Assembly (NCBI GenBank): GCA_020184695.1
Contig: JAANOX010000008.1
Span: 222 to 64,221 of the forward strand
Direction: 5' to 3'
Origin: Histomonas meleagridis 2922-C6/04-290x
Taxonomy: Eukaryota > Protista > Parabasalia
Length of the DNA: 64,000 bases
The notes beneath the pieces were generated by a model. It did no database searches. It saw only the letters and a program-made list of their open reading frames with translations, and was not told the DNA's origin. This document shows positions 1 through 11,681 of the stretch, piece by piece. The translations under genes and the position numbers were made by a program. Positions within the stretch are counted from its first letter, which is position 1. Every line of letters begins with the position of its first letter.

Positions 1-1137
1 TTCTGAAATATATATATTTCCTAATTATATTAAATCTAATTTAATATAAATGAAATAAATTACATGGATGTATAAATTATATAAGCAGAGTATAATATTA
101 ATATTTATTGAAATATGTTGGCAAATTGCATTTGAAATTTTTATCTTCAAATTTTCAATATCTCTCTATTAGTTGATTTAAATATATTTTGTAATTATAT
201 ATTTGATTTTATTTTGTTTTATCACTTATATCCATCCTTCTATTCATTTTAAAATTTATTTTTTTGAATTGAATGCAATTTGATCGTTTTGGATTCAATT
301 TTTTTTATGTTGTTAATGAATTTTGCGTTTCTTACTTATTTTTCTGGATTCTAAATTTATTTCAGAAAATATATTATCACATTATTAAATAGAATTTTTC
401 TTATTAATTTCAGTATTAAGTTTTGCATTAATGATGATTTTTATCTTTTTCTTCTTCTTCTTCTTCTTCAATTTCTTTTTTTTCAGGACCATATATATAG
501 AAAAATAATAAATATGTAATCGAACGATTTTTTCATCTTATAATATAAAATTTAATTCTCTGTCATATTATATCAAAAATCTTAATATTCCAATGAACAA
601 TAAGTACATCATTATATATATATATCATTTATTTTTAATCGTAAGTATTACATTCAACCACTAGATTTCTTAAAAAAATATAAATTTTCAGTACGACCGT
701 TTATAAATTTATCGTATAATCGTTTCCTATTCAATTTAGTGGACCTTGCCTTTAAATAAGATTTTCTTTTCTTCGTTAAATTTGGATTCTTCGAATATTA
801 TATAATTTCCCTAAAAATCAATACTTGTTATATGGTTTAATATTTCTTCTGACATTATTTATATGATCTCGCACAGAAACTCGACTTATTAAAAACATAG
901 ATCACGATCGAAAGTGGGTGATAAATGTTATGTTTCAGAATTATATTTGGAAATTATTCGAAATATATAATGGAATGTATAATAGATAATGAATAATATA
1001 GATTGATCCTTCCACTATCTAGAATTTTAATAAATAATATTTATTTTTGATAATATTATTATATTATATAATATGTGTATATTAATAAACTATAATCAAA
1101 TTTTACTAACACATTATTGGTTCCAAATACATTAAAT

Positions 1138-1975
1138 ATTATATATTATATATTATATATTATATATTATATATTATATATTATATATTATATATTATAT
1201 ATTATATATTATATATTATATATTATATATTATATATTATATATTATATATTATATATTATATATTATATATTATATATTATATATTATATATTATATAT
1301 TATATATTATATATTATATATTATATATTATATATTATATATTATATATTATATATTATATATTATATATTATATATTATATATTATATATTATATATTA
1401 TATATTATATATTATATATTATATATTATATATTATATATTATATATTATATATTATATATTATATATTATATATTATATATTATATATTATATATTATA
1501 TATTATATATTATATATTATATATTATATATTATATATTATATATTATATATTATATATTATATATTATATATTATATATTATATATTATATATTATATA
1601 TTATATATTATATATTATATATTATATATTATATATTATATATTATATATTATATATTATATATTATATATTATATATTATATATTATATATTATATATT
1701 ATATATTATATATTATATATTATATATTATATATTATATATTATATATTATATATTATATATTATATATTATATATTATATATTATATATTATATATTAT
1801 ATATTATATATTATATATTATATATTATATATTATATATTATATATTATATATTATATATTATATATTATATATTATATATTATATATTATATATTATAT
1901 ATTATATATTATATATTATATATTATATATTATATATTATATATTATATATTATATATTATATATTATATATTAT
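1138..1975. repeat. Perfect AT-only heptamer tandem array (ATATATT)n, ~120 copies
   Basis: The unit repeats without visible interruption. The IIYYILY ORF (3 units = 7 codons) is an artefact: the + strand has no AA dinucleotide and no G, so it cannot contain a stop codon. Confidence 0.97.
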
Positions 1976-3022
1976 AATACCGAATTTCGGTATTGACAGA
2001 TAATAAGAGTTCTAGCAATCAATAGCATACAAACGATGTTTTGCAATTTTAGTATATTGATGCCATATCACATTTTCTTGTATTATATATTTTATTGCTT
2101 TCAGACGCCAATCTTTAGGTTTAATATTTCTCTCTGTTAATTGATGTATTTCAGGTCTTGTAGGCAAGAGTTAATCTTCTTCATAAAAATCAGAAAATAT
2201 CTCAAGTGTGTGGCATTATCTCATGAAGTTCTTTATTATGTACAGAAAACGGAGATAAATTATTTTTATTTCTAATTAAATCTTATTAATTTTATCTAGA
2301 TTTGGAACTTTGAATAAAAAGTATTTCAGCATGTTTATCTAAAAAGGGTCACCACCAAAAATTGTTGTAATTGCTCTTAATAAGGATTATGAATTAAATC
2401 ATGCGTGATAAGATATGAAACAGAATTTAATATGTTTAATATTAATGTAGTAATATCGACACCAGATGAAGATATTATCATTTGTGATGCTTTATTTTGT
2501 TTAAATACTGCTTCTAATGTATTCTTTTATTCTCTATAAATTCATGAAGAAATGTTTCATAGCCATTTTTATCTATCATATTTGAAATTGATTTAATTTT
2601 ATTAGAATTGCTTAGGAAATGTGTTTCTAGTTTGTTAAAATGATTATTAACATTATTTAAGACATTTATTCCTCCTGAATAAACACCTTCTAATTTAGCA
2701 AAATCTGATATTAAAAGTATCTCAAAATTTAAATATTTTATAAAAATAGGGAAATGACTTTCATTAAAAAGTGAAAAGAGAAATATCTTTTTTAACCTAA
2801 AAATAAGCATTAATAAATAAGTTTTAGTTCCATAATTTGTACATTGTTTTATTAATGCTTATATATCAGATTTCTTTTGTTGTAACGTATGATATCATAT
2901 GCATATGATTTTACGAACGATATCATTATCCTCATCTTTTTTAATATAAACAACTTTGTAAAGGGAAAAACAAAATTAAAATGATAGAAAATCTATTTAA
3001 ACATGTATAAAATGAAAAAAGT

Positions 3023-3910
3023 TTACTGATCGTCGGCTTCTTCATAGCACCAAACTTTGCCATCTTCTTTATTAAGTACAACCACTGAGTTGTTCATTTC
3101 CACAATTTTGATTATTTCATCCCAATATTTATATAAATGATTCGTTTCAAGTGGTTCATATTCATTAGCATATCTGAACTTACCACCAGATGTTTGTCTG
3201 CGAAGCTTCTCAATAACATCTGAAGCATATTCTTGTATCTCTTTGCGGAGTTTCTTCTTTCGGTGTATTGTTATCAAAATTGATAAAATAATTAAAATTC
3301 CGACGAAGAAGATGAAAACGCTGGCCTTGTTCTCGTATACAAAAACAATTACTTTACACTTTGTGTCAAGAATTGGATCATATGAAATGTAAAAATTACC
3401 GACATGCTGAATAGAATATGGCGTAAGATGAAGATTTTTTAGTGCTTCGATAAAGAGATCCGACTCACCAAATTTTTGTGTGAGATCTGAAAAACTGAAA
3501 GGATGTGATGAATTACAATTTGTGGAATCAATATGAGATGCGATGAATTGGCCGATTTTGTTTGCATAAGTGATAACAGTGGAATCCTGTATACAGGATT
3601 TTCCTGTGCTTTTATATCCTCCATTACAGTAGAGTTTACCAGAAATGCATCTACCATTAGATGGACAAGGATTGCAATTTTCAATATGCACATCATCACT
3701 ACAAAAATGGTTAAGACCGGCCTTTTTTTTGTAAAGAAGAATTGATAAAACAAACAGTAAAGATGAAAGAATTATGGGAATTATGGTCCAGCAATCCATT
3801 AATTTATCACTATCCTTTTTCGTTGGTGGTTTTTTGTGTTTTTTGTGATGTCTGTTTTTTGTTTCACTGTGATGGTAATCATCATCTTTGCTTGCTCTTT
3901 TATGAGGCAT
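3023..3910 (-). CDS. MAN1/Src1/Heh-like inner nuclear membrane protein (MSC domain)
   Basis: Basic N-terminus, TM1, luminal Cys pattern FC..CNPCPSNGRC..LYC..GY..C.QD, TM2, and a winged-helix-like end (YWDEIIKIVEMNNSV...KVW). Confidence 0.75.
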   Translation of the reverse strand: MPHKRASKDDDYHHSETKNRHHKKHKKPPTKKDSDKLMDCWTIIPIILSSLLFVLSILLYKKKAGLNHFCSDDVHIENCNPCPSNGRCISGKLYCNGGYKSTGKSCIQDSTVITYANKIGQFIASHIDSTNCNSSHPFSFSDLTQKFGESDLFIEALKNLHLTPYSIQHVGNFYISYDPILDTKCKVIVFVYENKASVFIFFVGILIILSILITIHRKKKLRKEIQEYASDVIEKLRRQTSGGKFRYANEYEPLETNHLYKYWDEIIKIVEMNNSVVVLNKEDGKVWCYEEADDQ

Positions 3911-4399
3911 TTAATTTTTGAAAGTTAGCCAAGTATACTATTAAAAAGTCAAAATCAAAAAGTGACTATTTCAGGGTGTTGTTTCTTCTTGAATAAAAAA
4001 TCTCATTTTTAGGAGGTATGAGGTAAAACGCATCAATGAGATCAAGAAATTTTTTATATAATATCTCTAGGTGTATTTTTTAAATTTTATATGAATGTTA
4101 AATCAGGTATCTTAGGTTAGAATTCGCAAATTCTACAGTGCGCTTTAAAAGCAAATGTAAAATGTGTATTTTTTCCAAAATTTAGAATAAATTATTTAAA
4201 AATTATCTTATCTTATATCATATATATGATAGAGTAAAAAAGCCAAAATACATTAATAAAAAGACCCTCTTTCACGACATATTGTTTTCAACACATTATT
4301 GTATGGAAATAAAATCAAAAATGTTTATTGAAGTTAAACTTGGTAAATTTACCAAGCATTATCACATCAGTGTTAATGTTCTTAAGCACATATTAAAGT

Positions 4400-4530
4400 A
4401 TGAACCAAGTAAATCATCCAATTCCTGATTTTTATGTATAGAACTGTGGACATTCATAGCAACATTTTTGAGACATCCAAATACGCGGTAGTCAAATGAC
4501 TAGCATTTGTCTGCGGCTCCATAAGAGTTA
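4400..4530 (-). pseudogene. Small remnant of a pogo/DDE_1-like transposase
   Basis: Translates as YGAADKC*SFDYRVFGCLK, resembling G-x-TD-x-CQPLD-x-x-FG-x-LK, with one in-frame stop. Confidence 0.4.
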
Positions 4531-4734
4531 TAAAACAATCAAATTGAATTCAATAAATTTACAACTAATTTTCATGATATTCATAACTTTATATTATTAT
4601 ATATTAATTCAATAAAAAAAATCAGTACTGATTCTAAAATAATTATTTGGAAAAGAAATTGAGCGGTTTAAAGGCATGCCTTGATTAAGTTTGTTTGAAA
4701 AAGTGGAACAAATTTTGGCGGGATTTAACCAATA

Positions 4735-7734
4735 ATGATGGATGAAGCCAAAGTTTTAAACTTAGAGAAATATGATGCATATCTTGAAACAACCGAGCTT
4801 ATAAAAAATACAACTGAATTAGCTAATTTTTTAGAAAAGCCAAGTAAAACACTTACCATCAATTCAATTCGTCCACTCTTGACGTACTTTGTTGAATCAG
4901 AAGAACTCATGGATACGCCAAATCAAGAACTACAACTGCAATTAGCCCGGTGTTTTATATATTCTTTTAAGTTTTCAATTCCTGAAATTCCGATTGAAAA
5001 AAGTCGGGAAAAATTTATTTGCAGAATTTTTCGATTATTGAACCATGTTTTTTCATTTCTTAGTGATCCTGAGTCATCATATTACGATGAACGAATTAAG
5101 CTTCTTTCAATATCTAATCAAATTGGTTTAATGGTTTTAGTTAAAGATCCTTCACTAATCAAAGAAGTTTTTGACGTTTTAATTCACATTGATCTTCCTG
5201 ATTCTATTGATAACTTGGCCAAAATGATAAATGACAATGATCGATTACCAACAGCAATTCTTTATTCTATGTGTGATGAAATTGACAATAACCCAAACAT
5301 TGGTAAATTAATATCAAAACTTCATAAAACCAAACAGATTGAATTTCTTCAAGGCATTCGAAGTTATTCATCTGATGTTGATTCAATTATTCTATATGGG
5401 AAAGTATCCAATTTGATCGATATTTCACCTATTAATTTATTTAGTTTTGTTGAATACGATATCTGTAATGAAGATGATAGAATTCGAGTTGAATCAATTA
5501 AACTTGCAACAAAACTTTTACTTATGCCTGAATTTTCAACAGAATATTATCCACAATATTCATCAATTGTTTCACGAAATATTGATCGATTATCAACCAT
5601 ACGAGTTCTTGTTATTAATTTTTCTTTTTCATTATTAAAAAACTTAGAATCACATTTGCAAATGATTAATAATTCATCTGATATCGAATATGTCATGTGT
5701 AATAAATTAAAACAAGATATTTGGAATTGTTTTAAAAAAAGAATTACTGATCAACAAAATGAAGTACGACTTGCGATAATGAAAAATCTTTTAAAACTTG
5801 ATTTAGATCAAATTGAGATTGATACTGAAATTTTATCTAAAAGATTAAGTGATAAATCACATGAAGTACGCGTAAGTTGTCTAAAATTAATGTTAAAAAT
5901 ATATGAAAAAGATCCTGAAAATCTTGATTGGCTTTTAGAATATTTGGTATCACTTTATCCTGCTGTTAAAGATATTGTATTATTTGGGTTTAGTTGTTTA
6001 GTAGCTAATCATTCATTAGTCGAATTAGCAAGTCAATTAAATGATAGAAAACCACTTTTAGCTATATTAAAAGATACAAATGAATTTAGAACTCATTTAC
6101 CAAATTATAAAGATCCTGCTTCAAAATCTATTTTACTTAAACATATAGATGAAAAAACACTTAAGAAATTAATGAAAGTTGTTCCTAAAACTTTTGTGAA
6201 AACTGCAATTGATCCTAAACAAAGAAATAGAGTATTTAAACTTATAAAAAAGAAAACTTCTGATGATGACGCACGTTTGCTTATGGGATTATATCAACCT
6301 TCTCCACTTGATACTACAAGTCTTTTAAAATGTAAAAACCAAACAATTGTTAAAGAAATCGCAAAAATTTTCCCCAATGATTTCGAAGGTGAAATTCCTC
6401 AAATGTTAAAAAGAGGTTCACCAATCGATTTAATCATTTTATCATGTATGAAAAATGTCGATTTAGATGATGAAACTCGTGAAGAAGTTTTAACTAAAAT
6501 TGCAGCAATAATTAACAAAAAGGAAAAGAAAACATTACATTTGGCTTTAAAAGCTTTTGCTCATTTGTTTAAAGTACAATTTAGTGAAATTTTAAAAAAA
6601 ATTAAATTTAAAAAATCAGATATTAATGAAGAAATCAATTTTTTTGGAAGAATTAATGTTCCTGAACTTGTACCTGATAAACTTTATAAACAAATTAATT
6701 CTACAATTAATGATATGGATAAAGATATGGCTAAAGCAACATTAAAATTAATTTCATTAGCTAAAAATGAAGAAACTGTAAAAGTTCATATGGAATTAGT
6801 AGATAAATATCCCGATATTACATTTAAGTCATTTTTATCAATTGCATCTGATATAGCAGAATATAATACACCTAATGTATTTCGTAAATTTGCTTCTGTA
6901 ATGCAACACACAGAAGCTGAAGTTAGGGAAAGTGCTATAAATTCATTAACAAATGCATTGAAAAATCCAAACACACCCATTCAATTTTTGGCACTTTTCA
7001 CATTATCTGCAACAGATCCTTATGAAAAGAATTTAATAGAAGCTAAAAAACAATTATCTCAAGCCATTCATTTTAGAAGGACAATACAAAAAAAGACTAA
7101 AACAAATTCATCGCAAATTGCACCTGAAACAGCATTACCATTTGTTATATATTTATTAGCTCATCATCAAAATTTCGATGATGACCTTCCTGACCTACCA
7201 ACATTTGATACATATTTAAGATTTTTTTTGACACCTTTATGTGCGGATACTTCTGATTTCGGAAAAATACTTGAAATATTCTTCCATATGAAGTTTTTAG
7301 AAGATGTTGAAGTAGAATATACCGATAAATTAATTAAACTTTGTGATCTTGGCTCTTCAATTGTAAAAGAAATTGGAGGCGGAAGAAATTGGAACTTAAA
7401 TACACAAGAAACTACATTTGAGTTCTCTTCAAGATATTTCAAACAAGCTGTAGATAAAGATAGAGTTAAAGCATTAGTTAAACAATCAAATGTAGAAATA
7501 ATAAAAAGTCCTTCAAAAGGTGGTCAGCTTCTTAGAGCTGGAATGAGTCCATTATTAAAGAAACCTAAAACTAAAACAAACAAATCACTCAGTGGGAAAT
7601 CAGCTCCTTCAACTCCTCCACGTAAAGCTAAAACAAAATATGAACCTAAAACACCACAACCTAAAGCAAAAACTGAAGAAATTCCATTAAGAAGATCTCC
7701 TAGAACAAAATCACCAAAGAAAAGAAAATCATAA
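4735..7734 (+). CDS. PDS5: Sister chromatid cohesion protein PDS5
   Basis: 999 aa HEAT protein with Pds5-like motifs: LQLARCFIYSFKFSIPEIP, LSDPESSYY, FLALFTLSATDP, PETALPFVIYLLAHH, and a basic S/T-P-rich tail. Confidence 0.85.
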   Translation: MMDEAKVLNLEKYDAYLETTELIKNTTELANFLEKPSKTLTINSIRPLLTYFVESEELMDTPNQELQLQLARCFIYSFKFSIPEIPIEKSREKFICRIFRLLNHVFSFLSDPESSYYDERIKLLSISNQIGLMVLVKDPSLIKEVFDVLIHIDLPDSIDNLAKMINDNDRLPTAILYSMCDEIDNNPNIGKLISKLHKTKQIEFLQGIRSYSSDVDSIILYGKVSNLIDISPINLFSFVEYDICNEDDRIRVESIKLATKLLLMPEFSTEYYPQYSSIVSRNIDRLSTIRVLVINFSFSLLKNLESHLQMINNSSDIEYVMCNKLKQDIWNCFKKRITDQQNEVRLAIMKNLLKLDLDQIEIDTEILSKRLSDKSHEVRVSCLKLMLKIYEKDPENLDWLLEYLVSLYPAVKDIVLFGFSCLVANHSLVELASQLNDRKPLLAILKDTNEFRTHLPNYKDPASKSILLKHIDEKTLKKLMKVVPKTFVKTAIDPKQRNRVFKLIKKKTSDDDARLLMGLYQPSPLDTTSLLKCKNQTIVKEIAKIFPNDFEGEIPQMLKRGSPIDLIILSCMKNVDLDDETREEVLTKIAAIINKKEKKTLHLALKAFAHLFKVQFSEILKKIKFKKSDINEEINFFGRINVPELVPDKLYKQINSTINDMDKDMAKATLKLISLAKNEETVKVHMELVDKYPDITFKSFLSIASDIAEYNTPNVFRKFASVMQHTEAEVRESAINSLTNALKNPNTPIQFLALFTLSATDPYEKNLIEAKKQLSQAIHFRRTIQKKTKTNSSQIAPETALPFVIYLLAHHQNFDDDLPDLPTFDTYLRFFLTPLCADTSDFGKILEIFFHMKFLEDVEVEYTDKLIKLCDLGSSIVKEIGGGRNWNLNTQETTFEFSSRYFKQAVDKDRVKALVKQSNVEIIKSPSKGGQLLRAGMSPLLKKPKTKTNKSLSGKSAPSTPPRKAKTKYEPKTPQPKAKTEEIPLRRSPRTKSPKKRKS

Positions 7735-7956
7735 AAACCAAATAATATTTTCATAAATAAAAATTTATATTTGATAAAAGAAATGTCATGTGAAATATTT
7801 ATGCCTGTAGTAACGGCTCCATATCGTTTAGTATCTAAAGTATAGAAAATTGACTGACGTAAAAAGATCACATTGATTGGGTCCACCACAATTTCAATGA
7901 AAACGCTTTTGGAAAAAGTTGTAAAAAAAAACCCTATCGTCTAATAAGGCGACAAA

Positions 7957-10900
7957 ATGTATGGAGAGTACACTGTGCATTTTATGCTTGAATCACTCAT
8001 AGAAAATAAGCTCCTTGAAGATGACTCAAAAGATTATGCATTTTTAACTTATGATTATCCTACAATCGTTGAAGCATCAAAAAAAGTTGTAGAATCAATA
8101 GGAAGAAATTTAGACGCTGTTTCAATTGATACAAAAAAGCGAGTCAAAATATTAATGGAATTTATGGGTATAGCATTATCCTTATATGTTCATGAAAATA
8201 AATTTATGATTATCGCAAGAAATTTTTATAGAAGATGGCTTGAAGAAACATCTATTTTTGGTGACAATAAAAGACAAAACAAATTTATTCGAAGAATCTT
8301 TAAACAACTTTCAAAACCATTTGAAATGAAACTTGCACCAAACACTAAATTTGATCATGATTTCTATGACCTTCTTTTGGAAATAATTAATGATTACTCG
8401 TATGTTCATGTTGTAAAAGGCAAATATTTTGAAAAAGAAACATGGACAACATTATTTTACATATTAGTAGCAATTGTTGATAAGTTATTACAAACCAATT
8501 TCGCAGGACACCTCAGCGTTGTTGAGTCATCTATTTTAAAGAGGAATGCTATTTCATGCTGTTTTTCCGTTATTCATTTATCAGGAATTAAAGATCCTGA
8601 AGTATGGGCAGTTTTAAATAAATACTCACACAGATGGAGCGTTGACATTGATTTTGCAAAATGTTGGAATATTTTGAGTACTACAATATTCAATTTTATG
8701 ATATCGAAATATTATAATATTGAATACGAAAAACCACTCTTTAGCCAAGGATATTATCTTGATTCAACTCCTGTTGACAAAAGCACCATTGCTTTTCTTT
8801 TTCATCAAACATTATATTCTCTTGATTTTAAACAAATCCATAAACATCCCGATGTTATTGAAAATGTATACAAAGCCATCTCCTCCATGACAAACAAAGC
8901 TCTTGAAATCTCTTCCAAGTCAAGTAAAGGACTTTATTGTGTTAAGTTTCCAGCCCAAAGTTTTCTGAAGTTATTTGGTCGGTTCCTTACATTTTCGTTA
9001 CCATCAGAATGTGATGAAGGATATTCCATTAACATCATTTCTCTTCTGAAGATCATTTCTTATTTTGAACTTGACAAAGTTGATGAAGAGATTCGCCGTT
9101 ATATTGCATCATTTTCATCAATTACAATTGAACAGAGCAAAACGGTTTTTTCATTTATTCAGAATGCTTATACAATATTTTCAACGCAAACCGCTACGTT
9201 ACCGTTCATCTCACATTTGTCACTTGACTTTATTTCTAAGTTTCAACCTAAAGAACTTACAGAGAAAGATATATTAAATATTTCTACATTATATCTTTCT
9301 TCTACTGAAGTATTACATAATGATTCAACATCTTTTGAAAAATCATCGAAATGTTTTGAACTTCTTTGGCAAATATCAGAGAATTATCCAACCATTCGAT
9401 TTAAATTATTAATGAATCCAATGTCATTTCTTAATCCGAACATTAATATATTTCAAATTCTTAAAGAAAGTATTAATAAATTCACAACATTCCAAAAGTT
9501 TGTTGATTCAAATTCTACATTTTCGATATCATTTATATTATATATATCATTAGTTATACGGAATAAAGGTATTAAAGATGTTGACGATTATATCATAACA
9601 TTAATATTCGATAAGTTCACAACACTTAATACACATGTAGTTCGTGATAAACCAAAACTTTTACTTTCGACACTTCAATTATTATTAAATGTTGTTGAAT
9701 ATTATCCGACATATTTCAACAAACCGAAGAATGTTGACTCAGTATTTAATTATTGTTCATTTGTATCGAACATTTTACATGAATATGATAATAAGCGACA
9801 TAAATCAGAAACAAATGATAAACGAAATCAAATGTTTTCACAACCAGAAATCTCAACAAAGAAAAAGTCATCATCAATTAAAATGGCTTTATCAAAAGAT
9901 CGAGCATTAAGTAAGAACACAAAGTTATTTGAGAGTAATGATTCATTTCAAATATCATCACGTTCATCATCTAAAAAAGGGAATCAATTTAAACATATAT
10001 TTCCTGAATTAAATCATTTATTTGATTATATTCGAGCACGAATTAATTTACATATTCCACTTAAAGATATATATTCACATAAAATTGATTCTGATTTTGA
10101 GATTAATGAAAATTCGGTAATCGAAAAACTTGGATTAAATGATACTAAAATCCATTATTATACAGTTGGTAAATCATTATTAGTATCATTCATTGAGAAA
10201 AATGATTCGACTCCACCATACATAATATTTGCGCGTGGTCCATTTGGGAAATCAATTTGGACACTTACCGATGATTATCAAGGAAATCTTTCGACTCCTA
10301 AATCATTAGAATTCGAGAAAAAGGAAACAATTAAAGTCGAATATCCTAAAGCTATGGATGTAGATCTAAAGAAAGTATTTCCTCCGATTAAATTCATTGA
10401 TTTTAATACGATAAATCCAAACAATTTAAATGAAGAAGATGAAATTCTTTTAAAGAAATATAAAAATGATAATGAAACAATTATAAATTGGAATGAATTC
10501 GGAGAATATTATCCGTTCGGATTTCATGGACCTTCACAACGTCCGAAAGTTATTGACTTCCTTTCGACACTTGGAATGCTTGAAGCAAATAATAAATCAG
10601 ACATTAGACAACAAACTGATGAAGGACTTATCAAGAAAGCAATTCAAGACTTTGACTTATGTAGTGAAACTATTTTGCTACCAATTAAAATTATACATTT
10701 ATTACCTTCGGATAAAGAAATAAATTATAATGTTAACCAATTAAATCGAATGACGCCTTTGATGTTAAACTTCTTAAATAATATCGCAGAAAATATTGTT
10801 ATATCTGAAAAAGCATCAAATAAAAGAAATTGGCCAAAATTAAAATGTTCAGTTCCTGCTTTAAATTGTTCAAATTGTTTTGCGGCATTCTTGTCTCCTG

Positions 10901-11283
10901 CTTTAATAGATAATTTTGATAATAAACAATTGGAGAAATTAATACAATTAAATTCGCCAATTAAAATTATTTTTAATGAATCAAACTTCAGAATAAACTA
11001 TTCAAAAAGTAGTGACGATACACAAATTGTTTTGGTGATAAAACCAAACGAATTGGGTATGTACTCAGTAACGGGGATTAAATCAATAGATGATAATATG
11101 TCTCCTTTCGCTTTGGAACAAATAATGGACGCTAAAACTTTGGCATTTTGTATTACGTATTGTGTGGAAGCATTAGAGAAATATAACAAGAAAACAATTA
11201 GAGAAAGAAGAGTGGTACTTTCCGAATTATGCAAAAAGTTGGGCGAAAATGAAGAAATAAATATTTTGCATGATTTGCAATAA
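7957..11283 (+). CDS. RalGAP beta subunit-like protein
   Basis: 1108 aa. MYGEY start, MEFMGIALSL..FYRRWL..FIRRIFKQLSKPF, ETWTTLFYILVAIVDKLL, IFARGPFGKSIW and FLSTLGML recall RALGAPB; the C-terminal GAP-like region is degenerate. Confidence 0.65.
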   Translation: MYGEYTVHFMLESLIENKLLEDDSKDYAFLTYDYPTIVEASKKVVESIGRNLDAVSIDTKKRVKILMEFMGIALSLYVHENKFMIIARNFYRRWLEETSIFGDNKRQNKFIRRIFKQLSKPFEMKLAPNTKFDHDFYDLLLEIINDYSYVHVVKGKYFEKETWTTLFYILVAIVDKLLQTNFAGHLSVVESSILKRNAISCCFSVIHLSGIKDPEVWAVLNKYSHRWSVDIDFAKCWNILSTTIFNFMISKYYNIEYEKPLFSQGYYLDSTPVDKSTIAFLFHQTLYSLDFKQIHKHPDVIENVYKAISSMTNKALEISSKSSKGLYCVKFPAQSFLKLFGRFLTFSLPSECDEGYSINIISLLKIISYFELDKVDEEIRRYIASFSSITIEQSKTVFSFIQNAYTIFSTQTATLPFISHLSLDFISKFQPKELTEKDILNISTLYLSSTEVLHNDSTSFEKSSKCFELLWQISENYPTIRFKLLMNPMSFLNPNINIFQILKESINKFTTFQKFVDSNSTFSISFILYISLVIRNKGIKDVDDYIITLIFDKFTTLNTHVVRDKPKLLLSTLQLLLNVVEYYPTYFNKPKNVDSVFNYCSFVSNILHEYDNKRHKSETNDKRNQMFSQPEISTKKKSSSIKMALSKDRALSKNTKLFESNDSFQISSRSSSKKGNQFKHIFPELNHLFDYIRARINLHIPLKDIYSHKIDSDFEINENSVIEKLGLNDTKIHYYTVGKSLLVSFIEKNDSTPPYIIFARGPFGKSIWTLTDDYQGNLSTPKSLEFEKKETIKVEYPKAMDVDLKKVFPPIKFIDFNTINPNNLNEEDEILLKKYKNDNETIINWNEFGEYYPFGFHGPSQRPKVIDFLSTLGMLEANNKSDIRQQTDEGLIKKAIQDFDLCSETILLPIKIIHLLPSDKEINYNVNQLNRMTPLMLNFLNNIAENIVISEKASNKRNWPKLKCSVPALNCSNCFAAFLSPALIDNFDNKQLEKLIQLNSPIKIIFNESNFRINYSKSSDDTQIVLVIKPNELGMYSVTGIKSIDDNMSPFALEQIMDAKTLAFCITYCVEALEKYNKKTIRERRVVLSELCKKLGENEEINILHDLQ

Positions 11284-11681
11284 AAATGAATAAATTGAAA
11301 TTTTATTTATTTGTAATTTTTGTTGTTTCATTATTAAAATCATTGTGATTAAATTTAAGTAAGAAAGAGTAAGAAAGATTTTCCATATGTACACGTTTCA
11401 TTGGTATATTTTACAGTTTAGAACGGTCATTTGAATATCAACATCTACAATATCTGCAAGGCATTACAAAATTTAATTAATTCGTATATTTGTTAATTTA
11501 AAGAACTTCTTTAAGACAGAATCAACTCCTGAAACTCTTAATGCAGCACCATAAACCACCTGATGATTTGTCTCACTCAACATCTCTTTTAATTTGAATT
11601 TTTTTGGTTATTATTCCCAATCTTCAACGACCGTTTATTTGATTGCAACCTCGCTAAACAAACGTACTCCTCGGCGCCAAG

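Noticed and set aside
1117-1977. 286-aa ORF (IIYYILY)n
   Set aside because: It is the translation of the heptamer satellite, has a TTG start and shows no protein-like complexity.
2000-2900. Coding-like minus-strand fragments including ORF 2514-2810
   Set aside because: There are many stops and no recognisable motif; possibly a very old pseudogene, but it cannot be supported.
4339-4356. 18-bp palindrome CTTGGTAAATTTACCAAG
   Set aside because: About one such palindrome is expected by chance in 64 kb of AT-rich DNA, and there is no supporting context.
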